A stretch of 64,000 bases of DNA from Mobula hypostoma (Eukaryota): the NCBI RefSeq assembly GCF_963921235.1, contig NC_086097.1, positions 173,416,001 through 173,480,000 on the forward strand, read 5' to 3'. Position numbers and translations under genes: made by a program. This document shows, in pieces, positions 52,325 to 63,844 of the stretch; position 1 is the first letter of the stretch; each line of letters begins with the position of its first letter. The notes below the pieces were generated by a model. That model made no database searches. It saw nothing but the letters and a program-made list of their open reading frames with translations, and was not told the origin of the DNA.

Positions 52325-52483
52325 AAAACAAGAGAAAATCTGCATGTGCTGAAATCCAAACAACACATACAAAATGCTGGAGGAACTCAGCAGGCCAGAC
52401 AGCGTCTATGGAAAAGAGTACAGTTGACGTTTCAAGGCAAGACCCTTTGGCAGGACCCTCCAGCATTTTCTGTGTATTGCTTA
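52325..52483 (-). mobile_element. Isolated PLE tail followed by a short inverted copy of itself
   Basis: caacacatacaaaatgctggagg (about 52361-83) is inverted as cctccagcattttctgtgtattg (about 52458-80). Decayed hammerhead at 52421-52458. Confidence 0.75.
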
Positions 52484-52719
52484 CATTAAACATATGCATA
52501 TAAATACCTAAGAAATACATCTAATAAAATGTGTTCATTTAATCACAACTTTAATGGTAAAAAGAGCAGGCTTTTGACACACATAGTTTAAAGCAGTATG
52601 TACACAGAATCGCATCTCTGTCAGTAAGAACAATTTCTGTGAATGAATGTAAGAGAGATTGGCTGGGCTTGCCAAACACAACATAGGCTTCTTCACTTCA
52701 GCTTATAAGTTTGCAAACA

Positions 52720-53230
52720 ACTTGAGGTACTACCAAGGATTACAGCCAATGCAGTACTTTTGAAGTGCAATACTGGAAACACTGCATCCAATTTGTACAC
52801 AGCTATGAATCAAAGAAAACAGCAGTGTGATAATGACCAGAAAACTAGTTTTTTTTTGTAAAATTGATTGAGGAATGAATATTAGTTCAGTCACTGGCAA
52901 GAATTCGCTTGATTTTCTTGGAATACCATTGTGAAATTTCTTGTATCCATGAAACTATGAACACCACCTCATTATTCCTTTTTTTGCACTGTTTATTTTG
53001 CAATTTATAGTAATTTTATGTCTTTGCACTATACTGCTGCTGCAAAACAACACATTTCACATCACAAAAGACAATAATAAACCTGATTTTGACTCCTAAG
53101 CAGACAAGAGGACATCCCTGATTATCCCATCTTACAGCACAGCTGTCTCTCATTGTTGCACAGAAGTATCAGACCAGGCTTCTCAAAGCCTCAGAATGGG
53201 CCTTAGAATGTACTTGAATTCCAACTCAAG
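52720..53230 (-). mobile_element. Ancient Deu-domain SINE (SacSINE1/AmnSINE1-like), split by a Rex1-type tail at about 52950-53095
   Basis: ttacagccaatgcagtacttttgaagtg and cagcagtgtgataatgaccaga are reverse complements of Deu-SINE consensus blocks as recalled. Confidence 0.6.
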
Positions 53231-53589
53231 CCAGGACTTTCTACTTTTATTCACTATGCCTTTTATGGTAAAAATCAGACTTCTATCATCCTTTGTTAAA
53301 TGTCATCAACCTGCCTTAAATGCTCAACTAAATTGTGCTCTCAAATTTCACCCTTAAAACATGTCATATGTCCAATATTATTGCAGTTAAAATCAACATT
53401 ATAATCTAAGCTGTAGTTTGGTTGGCTTGTAGTTCTCATGTGTTCAGGATTCACTCCAACAACAAAACCTAAGCTAACTTTCCAGCACAGTCCTAAGGGG
53501 AAAAAAAAAATCTGGTAAATAATCTCAGCAAGTCAAGCAGCGTCCATGGAATGAAAAGAATTGCTAACAGTTCAGTTTCTTGTGGCTTT

Positions 53590-53900
53590 AGTGCAAAGGA
53601 AGTGTTGCACTGACATGGTTGGCAACCTTCAGACAAGATTTTAAACCTAGATTCGATCTACCACCTGTTGTGCTCATAAAAAATTCCAAGGCACTCTCTG
53701 GCCAAACTCCTGCAAGTATCCTGGTAAATATTTATTAATCAACCAGCACCACACAAAGAAAATATTCACTGGTCATCATTACACTGCTGTGTTTAAAACA
53801 CTGCTTGTACAAACTCGCTGCAATTTAATTCCAATTGAAAAGAAAACATTTCATTATTCTGTGATGTCCTGAGACTGAGAAAGCTGTTAAAATCCAAGCT
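53590..53900 (+). mobile_element. Ancient Deu-domain SINE
   Basis: gtgttgcactg...ttaaacc...tcctggtaaatatttat..tcaacca...ctggtcatcattacactgctgt...gtcctgag, colinear with the Deu core as recalled. Confidence 0.6.
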
Positions 53901-55902
53901 AATCATTTATCCCACTTACTGAGTTATGCATTGGAATGAATTAGGAAAGTAGTGGATATGCATAGTTGCAAAATAAAATATCAAAAAATGCACAGTACTG
54001 AGTATTCATAATAACTATCATTAAATTCTGAACAAAAACAGTAACTGAACAAATATGGCTGCTGCTGGACAGCTTCAGTGACCATGATTCAATTCTGACT
54101 TCAGGTGCTGATTGAGTGGAACTTGCAGTTGCTCCCTTTAATTTCACCCAGATGCCCTATTGATCCCATGCCAACTAAGATGCCTATCTAAGCTAGTACC
54201 AGCAGCAGAAGAATCAGAGTAGTTGATGTACATGTGAGAAAAAATAGGTTATAGGAAAATACATAGGGTAATGGGATTTCCTTGAGAACTGACATTGACT
54301 TGTCTTTGGAAAATATGAAAACGATTAATGAAAAAAGAATTAAATAGACAAATAATATGACAAATAATGAACAAGTGCAACACCCTTCAAGGGATGCAAG
54401 TTTCATCTGCCAGTATAACAAGATTTGGTTATGTTTGTCTTTTAATTACATAAAATAAATTTATTAGATAGCAATCAAGATTATGATGATAGCTTGGCAG
54501 TATACACAAGAACTTTGCAAAAAAAAGACAGAATTGAGCAGGTGTTGGGGCAGTTTCACAGTGGCCTGGGTTCAATTTAAAATGTATCCAACTCACAAGT
54601 TTAACAGTTAGGATTTTAATTAAAATATAAAAAGTGAATTATAACCTCATTTGAGATCTCAAGATATGTACCAAATGTTCTAGAAGTTATACAGAAATGT
54701 TGTTCTCCTTGTGCTAGAGTCCAGGCTATTAGCAGTGATTGTTAAGATGACTCATTGCAAATCTGTTGTAAATCACTGAAAAGGAAATATCTCGCTCTGT
54801 TTAATTTTAGTTTAAGCACAGCCAGGAAAAAAGTATGCACTGTTACTCAGCACGTTGCCAAAATGGCTCAGTGATCCACATTCCACACAGGCTTAAACAA
54901 TTAACTATCCCAGGGCACCTCAATCATTTACAGTTACATCCTCTGTATAAAAATGAAAGTTGAAACAGAAATTATATATCTCAATTGGAAGGCATATGTA
55001 ACCTGTGCAGCTATTGGTGGTTTTGGAATACATTCAATACACCAATACAACTTCCTTGTAAAGCAGCAACTTTGCGGGGACAGAATGTCCTGCATTTTAT
55101 CTTAACAAATGAACCAGACAAGCAAAAGGGCATATGATACAAAGTTTAAACAGCGAACTCTTAATCTTTTCCAGTTTATTTTTCAAAAGCATCATTATCT
55201 TTGATGCCTTTTCAAGAAAGCATCATAAATCAACAATTGCTCCAGCAGACTTGGACTGCTGTTGTAAGGGGACAAGCTTGGAACAGAGTTCTAGCCAATG
55301 AAAATATATTCATTGCTACCTTTATCCAAGAAATGACACAGTTGTTAAAATTTGTAAGATTAAAAAAGACACTTAATATCATACTGATCAAATCATACTT
55401 CCTTCACTGTACCAGCACTTGAGTGAATGGTTGTCAGACTGAGAATACAAAGATTGAATGTTGAGCAAAAATGCATAATAAGGTTGGCTGATATCTCCCT
55501 TGGAAAAGAAACACCGGAAAGTAACATGTTGTTTTCAAAGACACCAGTCTCATCAATCTAAAAATAAATTAATAAGGTTGATCAGTTGCAATGTCAGTGT
55601 AGCAAAAGAGTGAACAAGAGTATGAACAGCTCAGGCCAGAATTGGTGCCAAGTAAGCATGGGATTATCATTCAAATCAGAAAACATTTTAGGCCTGACAA
55701 ATAACTTTTAAAAATAAACACAAATAGGAAAAATAATCTTTAAACACTTGTAGTATACCTACATCTTTTCTGGCTCCATGGAAATCTAGTTTTTACTGTA
55801 TCTTAATTTGACACCAGAACAAAATACATCGTACATCTCCTATTTACAACACTGACAGTTTTCACTTTAAAGGCTTTTAAGTTAAGTAACATGAGATTTT
55901 AA

Positions 55903-55921
55903 TAGCACCCTCTGGCAGTGC
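55903..55921 (-). promoter_or_regulatory. Candidate CTCF-binding motif in unique intronic DNA
   Basis: TAGCACCCTCTGGCAGTGC versus consensus TAGCGCCCCCTGGTGGCCA. Motif match only. Confidence 0.4.
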
Positions 55922-57092
55922 AAGATATTCATACATCTTGACAAATAATCATGAATCATTGACATAATGGAACCTATCAGCAATTGTATGCAAACTCACA
56001 GCTGGAAAGCAGAAGTGAACCAACCTATAGAACTACGACCATGTAAAAGACTCTTTATATGTATGTATCTTAGAATATTAGTAGCGAGATCTTAAGTATT
56101 ATTACTTCATTATATAAATCAAATTAGATCACCTGGCCAATTTGAAAAAAAATATCATTACCATCAGTTTTAGATGCTGCAAAAACATTAAGGGTGCTCC
56201 AAAGCATTTCTGTTCTCTCATATTTTTGCACAAAGCAGCATAAAATGTCATGTAGTAGCATTTTTAGTCACTAACTACATAAAGTATCTAGAAAAATAAT
56301 TCGTATGGAATCCCATTTTGGAAATAATAAATTGATAAAATATTAAAAGCATTGTAAGTGTAATTAAGTAGCTTATTACTGGACTTGAAAACATAAACCC
56401 ATTTCCTACATTCAACTTGAAGCAGACGAATTGTTAAAGAGGGAGAGTACAGTCAAGAAAAGGGTCCATTTTGAAGCAAGATCACTTGAAGCCAGGGAAG
56501 AAAAGCAAGGCATGGGATATGGAAGACAATTACATAAGGCAAAGGCATTTCAGGATCTGCAAACCATGAACTGTCTTTGGTTTCAACAATAGCAATATAA
56601 TTCCAGTTGGTGAATCATATTTCTGACAGTCTTTTGTATGCCATAACACATTCAAATGCCATCCCTTGATTCTGTAAATCCCACCCATAATAAAAAGACA
56701 TGTAATGATTATATTTACTGCCAAAAAAAGCGGCTAATCATTTTTTTTTAAGCCCAGGAGCTGTGAGATGTTTTCACAGAAAACTGTTTTACTATTCAAA
56801 TACTGATGCATACACCAAATCTGCAAGGATTTCAAAACGTATCATCCAATATCGCAAGTTCTCTCAGCCATCCAGCTGGGTGCCAAGCCAATGTGAGATG
56901 TTAGAAAACCCTACAGACCTGGTGTAAACATCATTATTTGAATAGTAAACAGTTGGGCATTTGGCATTGGGTTCGCTCTGCTTATATTTCTATCTTCTGT
57001 AATTTTTATCTATTTGTGACTTAACATTGGATATTCAGTAATAATAACAATAAACACACTGTAAGTGGTTTAGTGCCTCCATGAATACTTAA

Positions 57093-59385
57093 TTTCAAAG
57101 TTCAATGTACATTTGTTAGTGAAGTACACGTATGTCACTATATACAACCATGAGATTTGCGTTCTTACAGGCATACTCAGTAAATCCAATAACTACAATA
57201 GAATCAATTGTGAGGGGATCCAGGAATGCCCCTATTAAGTGTTTGAAGAGAGACATTCCTCTTTGATGGTTTGTTTGGAAAGGAGAGAGAGACAGAGTTA
57301 TTTACTACCAATATGTTGCTTTTGGAATAGAGAAAGAGAGGAAGATTGACAGTTGGACTGTCATTTTCAGGCATTGGAAGTAACTTTGGATTTTTACTGA
57401 GTTTGGAGTTGGAGACAGCACCGAGCAGCTCGAAGGTTGCTATGGTGACCAAAGGCAGATTGTTGATGTTACTTTCAAGGATTTGTTGCCTGCTTGTGCA
57501 CTTCTTTACAGACAAAGGAGGGAGGGACTCTTTGAATGACAGGTGATGCTCAGCCTGGTGAAATAAATGAGAGGTCAGATAATACAGACCTCAGGACACA
57601 TGATCTGGACACTGAATGAGCATTGTTGTGCCCGCAGAAAAAGTGGGTTTTGGAGGATCGATCCGGTGGATCGATTCCAAATTGCTATTCCAGTTTGAGA
57701 ATAAGGGGTTGACTGGTGGGGAGTTGTCTATGTGTCCACCCTCACCTGGCTGATAGCTCCACCACAGAAGACCGGTCCCCCGGTTAAAGTCACAGTCGGT
57801 GACTTGTAAAGGATTTCGGAGGACGACGAGAAGATCGACGGCATCAGCTCACCTGAAGACTCAACTCACTCTCTCTCTCTCTCTCTCCATCACTACCCAA
57901 CTAAATACCACGAACTGAACTGAACTGAACTTTACTCAACATCGTAAGACTGTATCTTTTTACCCCTAGACTTAAAGAAGCTTGGTTTTTTCATACATAT
58001 ATATTCCACACTTACTTTTATATATAATCATTGCTAACCTGTTTGATTTATCTACATTTATATTACTGTATTGTGTAGTTACTAATAAATATTAGTAATT
58101 TATAGCAATATGAGACTCCAAAGTGGTTTCTATTTCTGCTGGTTTCTTAACCCATGTCACGGGGTACGTGACACAATGAAAGACCACACCCAACAGGGAG
58201 GACAACCAGCGTGCAAAAGACAACAAATAGTGCAGATACAAAAGGTAAAAAAGGAAACAATAATAACAAATAAATAAGCAATAAATATTGAGGGCATGAG
58301 ATGGAGAGTTTTTCTAAGTGAGTCCATAGGTTGTGGGAACATTTCAATGATGGAGCAAGTGAAGATGAGGGTAGTTATCCCCGCTGGTTCAAGAGCCTGA
58401 TGGTTGAGGGGTAGCTGTTTATAACACTGGTGGTGAAAGGCTTGAGGCTCCTGTACCTTCTTCCTGATAGCAGCAATGAGAAGAGAGCATGACCTGGATG
58501 AGAGGCATCCCTGATGATGGATGGTGCTTTCCTGAGCATCATTGGTAAAACCCTCCCCACCACTGAGCTATGTGTAGATGTGCTCAATGATGGATTGGCC
58601 TGTATCCACTATCATAGGACTTTCTGTTCAAGAGCATTATCCCCAACTTCTACAAGCTATTACTAGGCTGTGATGCAGCCAGTCAATATACTCTCCACCA
58701 CACATCCATAGAAGTTTGCAAAGTTTTAGATGTCATGCTAAATCTTCACAAACTTCTAATGGTGTAGAGGCACTTCACAATTGCACTTATGTGCTGGGCC
58801 CAAAACAGGTCCTCTGAAATTGTAACATTTAAAGTTCCACCTCTGATTCCCCGATGAGGACTGGGTCGTGGAGTTACAGTTTCCTCCTCAAGAAGTTAAT
58901 AATCAGCTCTTTGGTCCTTGTTCTTGTGGCACCACTCAGCCAGATTTTCAATCTCCCTCCTATATGCTGCTTTGTCCCCACCCTTGATTCGGCTAACAAC
59001 ATTGGTATCTTCAACAAACTTAATTATGGCATTGGAGCTGTGTTTAGCCACACAGGCATAAGTGTAAAGTGAGTATAGCAGGGTTATAAGCACATAGCTT
59101 TGTGGTGTACGCGTGCCGGTGGAGATTGTGGAAACGATGTCGTTGCCAACCCAACTGACTGGGGTCTGCAGGTGAGGAAACAGAGGATCCAACTGCACAA
59201 GGAGGTATTGAGGCCAAAGTCTTGAAGCTTATTGATTAGTTTTGAGGGGGTGACAGTATTGAATGCCAAGCTACAGTCAATAAAGAGCATCTTCACGTAT
59301 GCATCTTTGCTATCCAGATGTTCCAGGGTTCAGTGAAGAGCCAATGAAATGGCACCTGCTGTGGACCTGTTGTGTCAGAAGGCAA
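57093..59385 (-). mobile_element. Rex1/Babar LINE, degraded, interrupted by a solo LTR
   Basis: ORF pieces 59084-59296 ([12 protein letters not shown]), 58896-59198 and 58375-58587 region. The 3' UTR continues across the LTR. Confidence 0.8.
57209..58173 (+). mobile_element. Solo LTR (965 bp) related to 40975-41845
   Basis: TGTGAG...GTGACA termini and perfect 4-bp TSD CAAT (57205-08 and 58174-77). Shares tgtgtccaccct, gtcacagtcggtgac, gaactgaact, ttacccctagac and atttctgctggttt...acggggtacgt with the other LTR. Confidence 0.9.
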
Positions 59386-59479
59386 TAATATTTCCACAAT
59401 GAATATATTTTACTTATATTAGTAAAACTAGTTGATCAGTGAGATATTTTAAAATTGTTCATCCTTTTCAGCTTGTTCA

Positions 59480-61340
59480 GAATGTCAGATGCAGCAGCAA
59501 AGAAACAAAAATGTTCAAATGATGAGAGAAACAGTGGAAATATTCAAGAGTGATGGAGTGGAGAATCTAGCACGATTAAAAAGGTTAATAAAACATTATA
59601 TTTCTTATGTTCTAAGACAGTGGTGTGCAAGCTTGCCTTCGTAAAGTGGTATTCTGAAACTCTTCATATATGGCTTTGCAATAGAAGTAATCAAGAACAA
59701 AAAGCACACACTTCTCAAGAAATCAGCAGACAAAAACTGCAGTCAAATATTTTGATGACATTTATTTCAGTTCCAACTTAGTTGCTGTCAGTTTTGAAGT
59801 TTCAAAGATTCAAAGTTTCAACATGGAAAACTACTAAGCGATGGAAAATACGTTAAAGAATGATGGTTAGTGTGTGCTCCTTTCCTTTTAGTGATTTTCC
59901 AGAAAATGAGAAAAAAATAATCAGCACATTAAGGATTTGCCAGTAAGCCGAAACATGGTAAAAGGTGGATTAATGATAGGAATCAACATAGCAAAGTAAC
60001 AAAGAAAAAATATGAGTTCTTATAAATTTATTTCCATTTATCCCAATGAGAGCACTGATGTTGTATCATCAGTAAGGCCAGCCATTATTGTTCAATTTTG
60101 TTGGGGTTATGAGATAAACAAAGAATTGGTTAACTTAGCAAAGTTACCTGAACACACTACAGGGGTTGAAATATGTAAGGTTGTCTGGTCAACAAGTTAA
60201 TATTTAAAAATAACTTCTATGACAACCAATGATGTACTGACTATGGTTAAGAAGCAGGTTTTGTCAATCGTACAGTTGCAAATTACTGCATGCTGGACAT
60301 CCAATGATATGTTGTATAGTACCCAAGGAGGCCTAGTGTGCCAAAGTTGGCCTTGAAGAAGTGATGAAAATTCTTTGTAAAGTAAATATTTCATGGCTTG
60401 CTTTGAAAAGGGGATCATTTCAGAATTTACTAAATGAGGTAAATTTGGTGTATAGAAGACTACTTGAAAACAACATTTGTTGGCTTAGTAGAGATGCTGT
60501 CCTTAAACAATTTGTTGAGTGAATGAAATTCATCTGTTTTGATGAATGAAAAATGTTCTTGTCAAGGATTATATGACATTGTGTGGATTTGTAGATTGAT
60601 CTTTTTTGCAGATTCCACACCACATTTAAATGACTTGAACACCAAATTACAGGCATCTGGCAAAATACTATACGTTATGTCTGATAATATAAAAGCCTTT
60701 GAGATCAAATTGGAAGTATTTAAATGCAATGCCAAAAATAGCACTTTTAAATATTTCCCTAACTTTAAAAAAAACATGACAGATATTGAAATTCCTGCAA
60801 AGACAGCCATTCAGAGCCTTCCAAAGCAATTTTTGATCATCACTGATTCAACTACTGAGTAATTTTCTTTAAGACTCACTAAGTTCAAGTCATTGGAAGA
60901 AATTGCAAAATTCATAAACTATGCAGACAGTGTAATATTACACAAACTGAATTTGAAAATGTTGTGAATTGATTTGGTTAATTTTGAAATGCAATTGATT
61001 ATTTTACAAAGCAGCTCAATTTGGAGACAAAAAATTGTCGACTTCTGAGTTCTACAAGAAAAGAGTGAAGGAGATCATAATAAATCTGGACAATGAGGTT
61101 CTGAAACTCTGGAATTCTATTCCTAAAACTTTTAACTGACTGAAATACCTTACAATGGCAATAGTAACTGTATCTTCGTTGACATATTGTTTTCAGTGAT
61201 GAACTTGGACAAGTTCAATTATAGGAGCAAACTTATTGATAAAACTAGTGCTTCATGCATAGTTCTCAAAACAATCAAATATAAAATAAGATATAAAATA
61301 TTTGTCACCATTTGTGCAGCAACAAGTCTCACTGAGGGTA
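59480..61340 (+). pseudogene. Heavily decayed hAT transposase (GTF2IRD2/SPIN-like)
   Basis: ORF 60539-60862 has FFADSTPHLNDLNTKLQASGK..DNIKAFEIKL; ORF 60012-60200 has NESTDV (DESTD-like). Many stops and frameshifts; TIRs not recognised. Confidence 0.7.
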
Positions 61341-61701
61341 ACGTGTGTTAATTTTCCTTTCCTTGATCTTTTGTAAATATATACCAAAATTTATAATTCC
61401 ATGTTCATATTTCTTATGTTATATATAAGACTACAATACTACATATTGTCTTATATATAACATATTTCTTACGTTCTATATAAGACTACAATACTATTTA
61501 GAAATGGTATTTAGTTTTCAATTGCATTTTTATCAGATTAATAAAAGTAATTTCTGAAAATGTTTTCTAAAATACTTCATTTATTTCACTCTGTTTTTGT
61601 TATACTTTTATCAGTGGTTGGAAAGATGTTGGAGATAATACTAAGCATGAGATTCCGGGGTACTTGGATGCACATGATAAAACAGGCCAAAGATAAAAGA
61701 G

Positions 61702-62499
61702 CAGACATCCCACCTCCCCCAGGAGTTCTGGGAGTCTCCCGCATATGAATAGTGGCTCCCTGATGCCCGCAAATTATATACAATATCATAGAAATCAACT
61801 TGTTGACAGCAAGCGAGAGAAAGCAAGAGGCAGCGCGAGAGCGACCACGAGAGAGAGTGCGCGCGCGCGAGAAAGAGCAAGAGCAAGCGAGCGAGAGAGA
61901 GCGCGAGAGCAAGCAAGCGAGCAAGAGAGCGCGAGAGAGAGCGAGAGCAAGCGAGCGAGCGAGAAAGAGCGAGCGAGGGAACGCTAGCGAGAGCACGCAA
62001 GCGAGAGAGAGTGAGAGAAAGCAAGCGAGCGAGAGCGCGAGTGTGAGAGAAAGCAAGCGAGAGTGAAAGCAAGCTAGAGCGTGCGAGCGAGAGAAAGCGA
62101 GAGCGCTTAAGAGCGCGCGAGCAACCACGAGAGAGAGAGAGAGAGAGAGAGCGCGCGCGCTATGGCAGAGTGTTCCAAAAAAATATAAAACGTACGTCAC
62201 CTCAGACTACACTAAAGTGTACCCCTGCCTAATAGGAATCAAAATAATGACAGTGTTGCTCGCTGCACTGTTTGCAACAGTGACTTTTCTATTGCCCATG
62301 GTGGGTTAAGACTGTAAAAGACATGTTGAGGTGAGTTTAACAGGTGTCATTCGTTCATTAGCATAGCTAACGTTATTTAAACTAGCTGGCTAGCTGCTAA
62401 GGAGCTACGCTATTGCAGAGATCCCACCTCTCCCAGAAGTCTCCCACAAATTGATGGTGCTACCTCCCTGAAATGAGTTTTTACAGTGTGGGATGTCTG
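61702..62499. mobile_element. MITE, probably hAT, carrying an expanded purine-rich microsatellite
   Basis: Perfect 12-bp TIRs CAGACATCCCAC / GTGGGATGTCTG and subterminal agtctccc repeats. Confidence 0.75.
61808..62160 (+). repeat. Degenerate (GA)/(GCGA)/(GCAA)n microsatellite
   Basis: About 350 bp almost devoid of T on the + strand and rich in CpG. Confidence 0.95.
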
Positions 62500-63436
62500 A
62501 AACAGGCCAAAGTCAGCAGGGTTTTCTAAAGGGGAAAATTTGCCTGACAAATCAGTTGGATCTCTTTGAGGAAATAACAGGCAGGATAGGCAAAGGAGAG
62601 TCAGTGGATGTTGTTTATTTGTATTTTTGGAAGGCCTTTGACCAGGTACTGCACATGAGGCTGCTTAACAAGATAAGAGCCCATGATATTACAGGAAAGA
62701 TATTAATATGGAAAGAAGATTGGCTGACAAGCAGGAGGCAAAGAGTGGGAATAAAGGGGGACTTTTCTGGTTGACTGCAGGTGACTAATGGTATTCCACA
62801 GGGGTCTGTGTTGGGACCACTTCTTTTCACATTGCATATCAATTATTTGAATGAAGGAATTAATGGCTTTGTGGCCAAGTTTGCAGATGATACAAAGATA
62901 GGTGTGGCGGGGTGGGGGGGGGAGGTAATGTTGAGGAAGTAGGGTGTCTACAGAAGGACTTAGCCAGATTGGAGGAATAGTCATAGTCATACTTTATTGA
63001 TCCCGGGAGAAATTGGTTTTCGTTACAGTAGCACCATAAATAATAAATAGTAATAGAACCATAAATAGTTAAATAGTAATACGTAAATTATGCCAGTAAA
63101 TAATGAAATAAGTCCAGGACCAGCCTATTGGCTCAATGGTCAAAGAAGTAGCAGATGGAATATAAATGTGAAGAAGTGCATGGTCATGCACTTTGGCGCA
63201 AGGAATAAAAGTGTGTACTATTTTCTGAATGGCGAAAAAATTAAAAAATCAGTGGTGTGGGGGAATTTGGGAGTCCTTGTGCAGGATTCCCTAAAAGTTA
63301 ACTTGCAGGTTGCGTTGATAGTAAGGAAGGCAAATGCAATGTTAGCATTCATTTCAAGAGGACTAGAATGCAAAAGCAAGGATGTAATGCTGAGGCGTTA
63401 TAAAACATTGGAGAGACCACACTTGGATTACTGCCA

Positions 63437-63568
63437 CCTGATGAAGGGTCACACCCAAAACATCAACTGTTTATTCCTTTCCACAGGTGCTGCCTGGCCT
63501 GCAGAGATCCTCCAGCATTTTGTGTCTGTTGCCTTGGATTTCCAGCGTCTGCAGATTTTCTTGTGTTT
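63437..63568 (+). mobile_element. Isolated PLE tail beginning at the hammerhead core
   Basis: cctgatgaagggtcacacccaaaacatcaactg...ctgcagattttcttgtgt. ttggatta is duplicated on both sides. Confidence 0.8.
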
Positions 63569-63844
63569 GGATTAGTGAGCTGTTTTGGGCCTCTTATCTA
63601 AGAAATATTGTGTTGGCATGCCAGAGGTGGTTCACATGAATGAACCCAAAAATGAAAGGGTTAACATATGAGGAGTGTTTGATAGCTCTGGGCCTGTACT
63701 CACTGTCATAGGAAAGATGCCATTACAATGGAAAGAGTGCAGAAGAGATTTACAAGTATGTTCCCAGGATTCCAGTTGTGAAAAGAGTTTGAGCAGCTTC
63801 AGACTTTATTCACTTGAGCACAGGAAAATGAGTGGCAATCTTAT

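Larger units (their letters stand above)
61612..63700 (+). mobile_element. CR1 RT region with three nested insertions (hAT-like MITE, Rex1 tail about 62977-63135, PLE tail 63437-63568)
   Basis: SVVGKMLE at 61612; ORFs 62493-62774 (QQGFLKGKICLTN, DVVYLYFWKAFD) and 63090-63575 (KCMVMHFG). Confidence 0.85.

Noticed and set aside
54050..54310. Possible tRNA-derived SINE remnant
   Set aside because: Too degraded to assign or delimit without a profile search.
55759..55839. Exon-like AG...GT segment on the minus strand
   Set aside because: Stops in all three frames, weak acceptor, and no resemblance to VPS13B.
59480..61340. Possible domesticated hAT gene (GTF2IRD2/ZBED-like)
   Set aside because: Many stops and frameshifts; the longest ORF is 107 aa.
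61586..62200. Four overlapping ORFs rich in R/E/A/S or L/S/A
   Set aside because: They are translations of the GA/GCGA microsatellite, which lacks stop codons.
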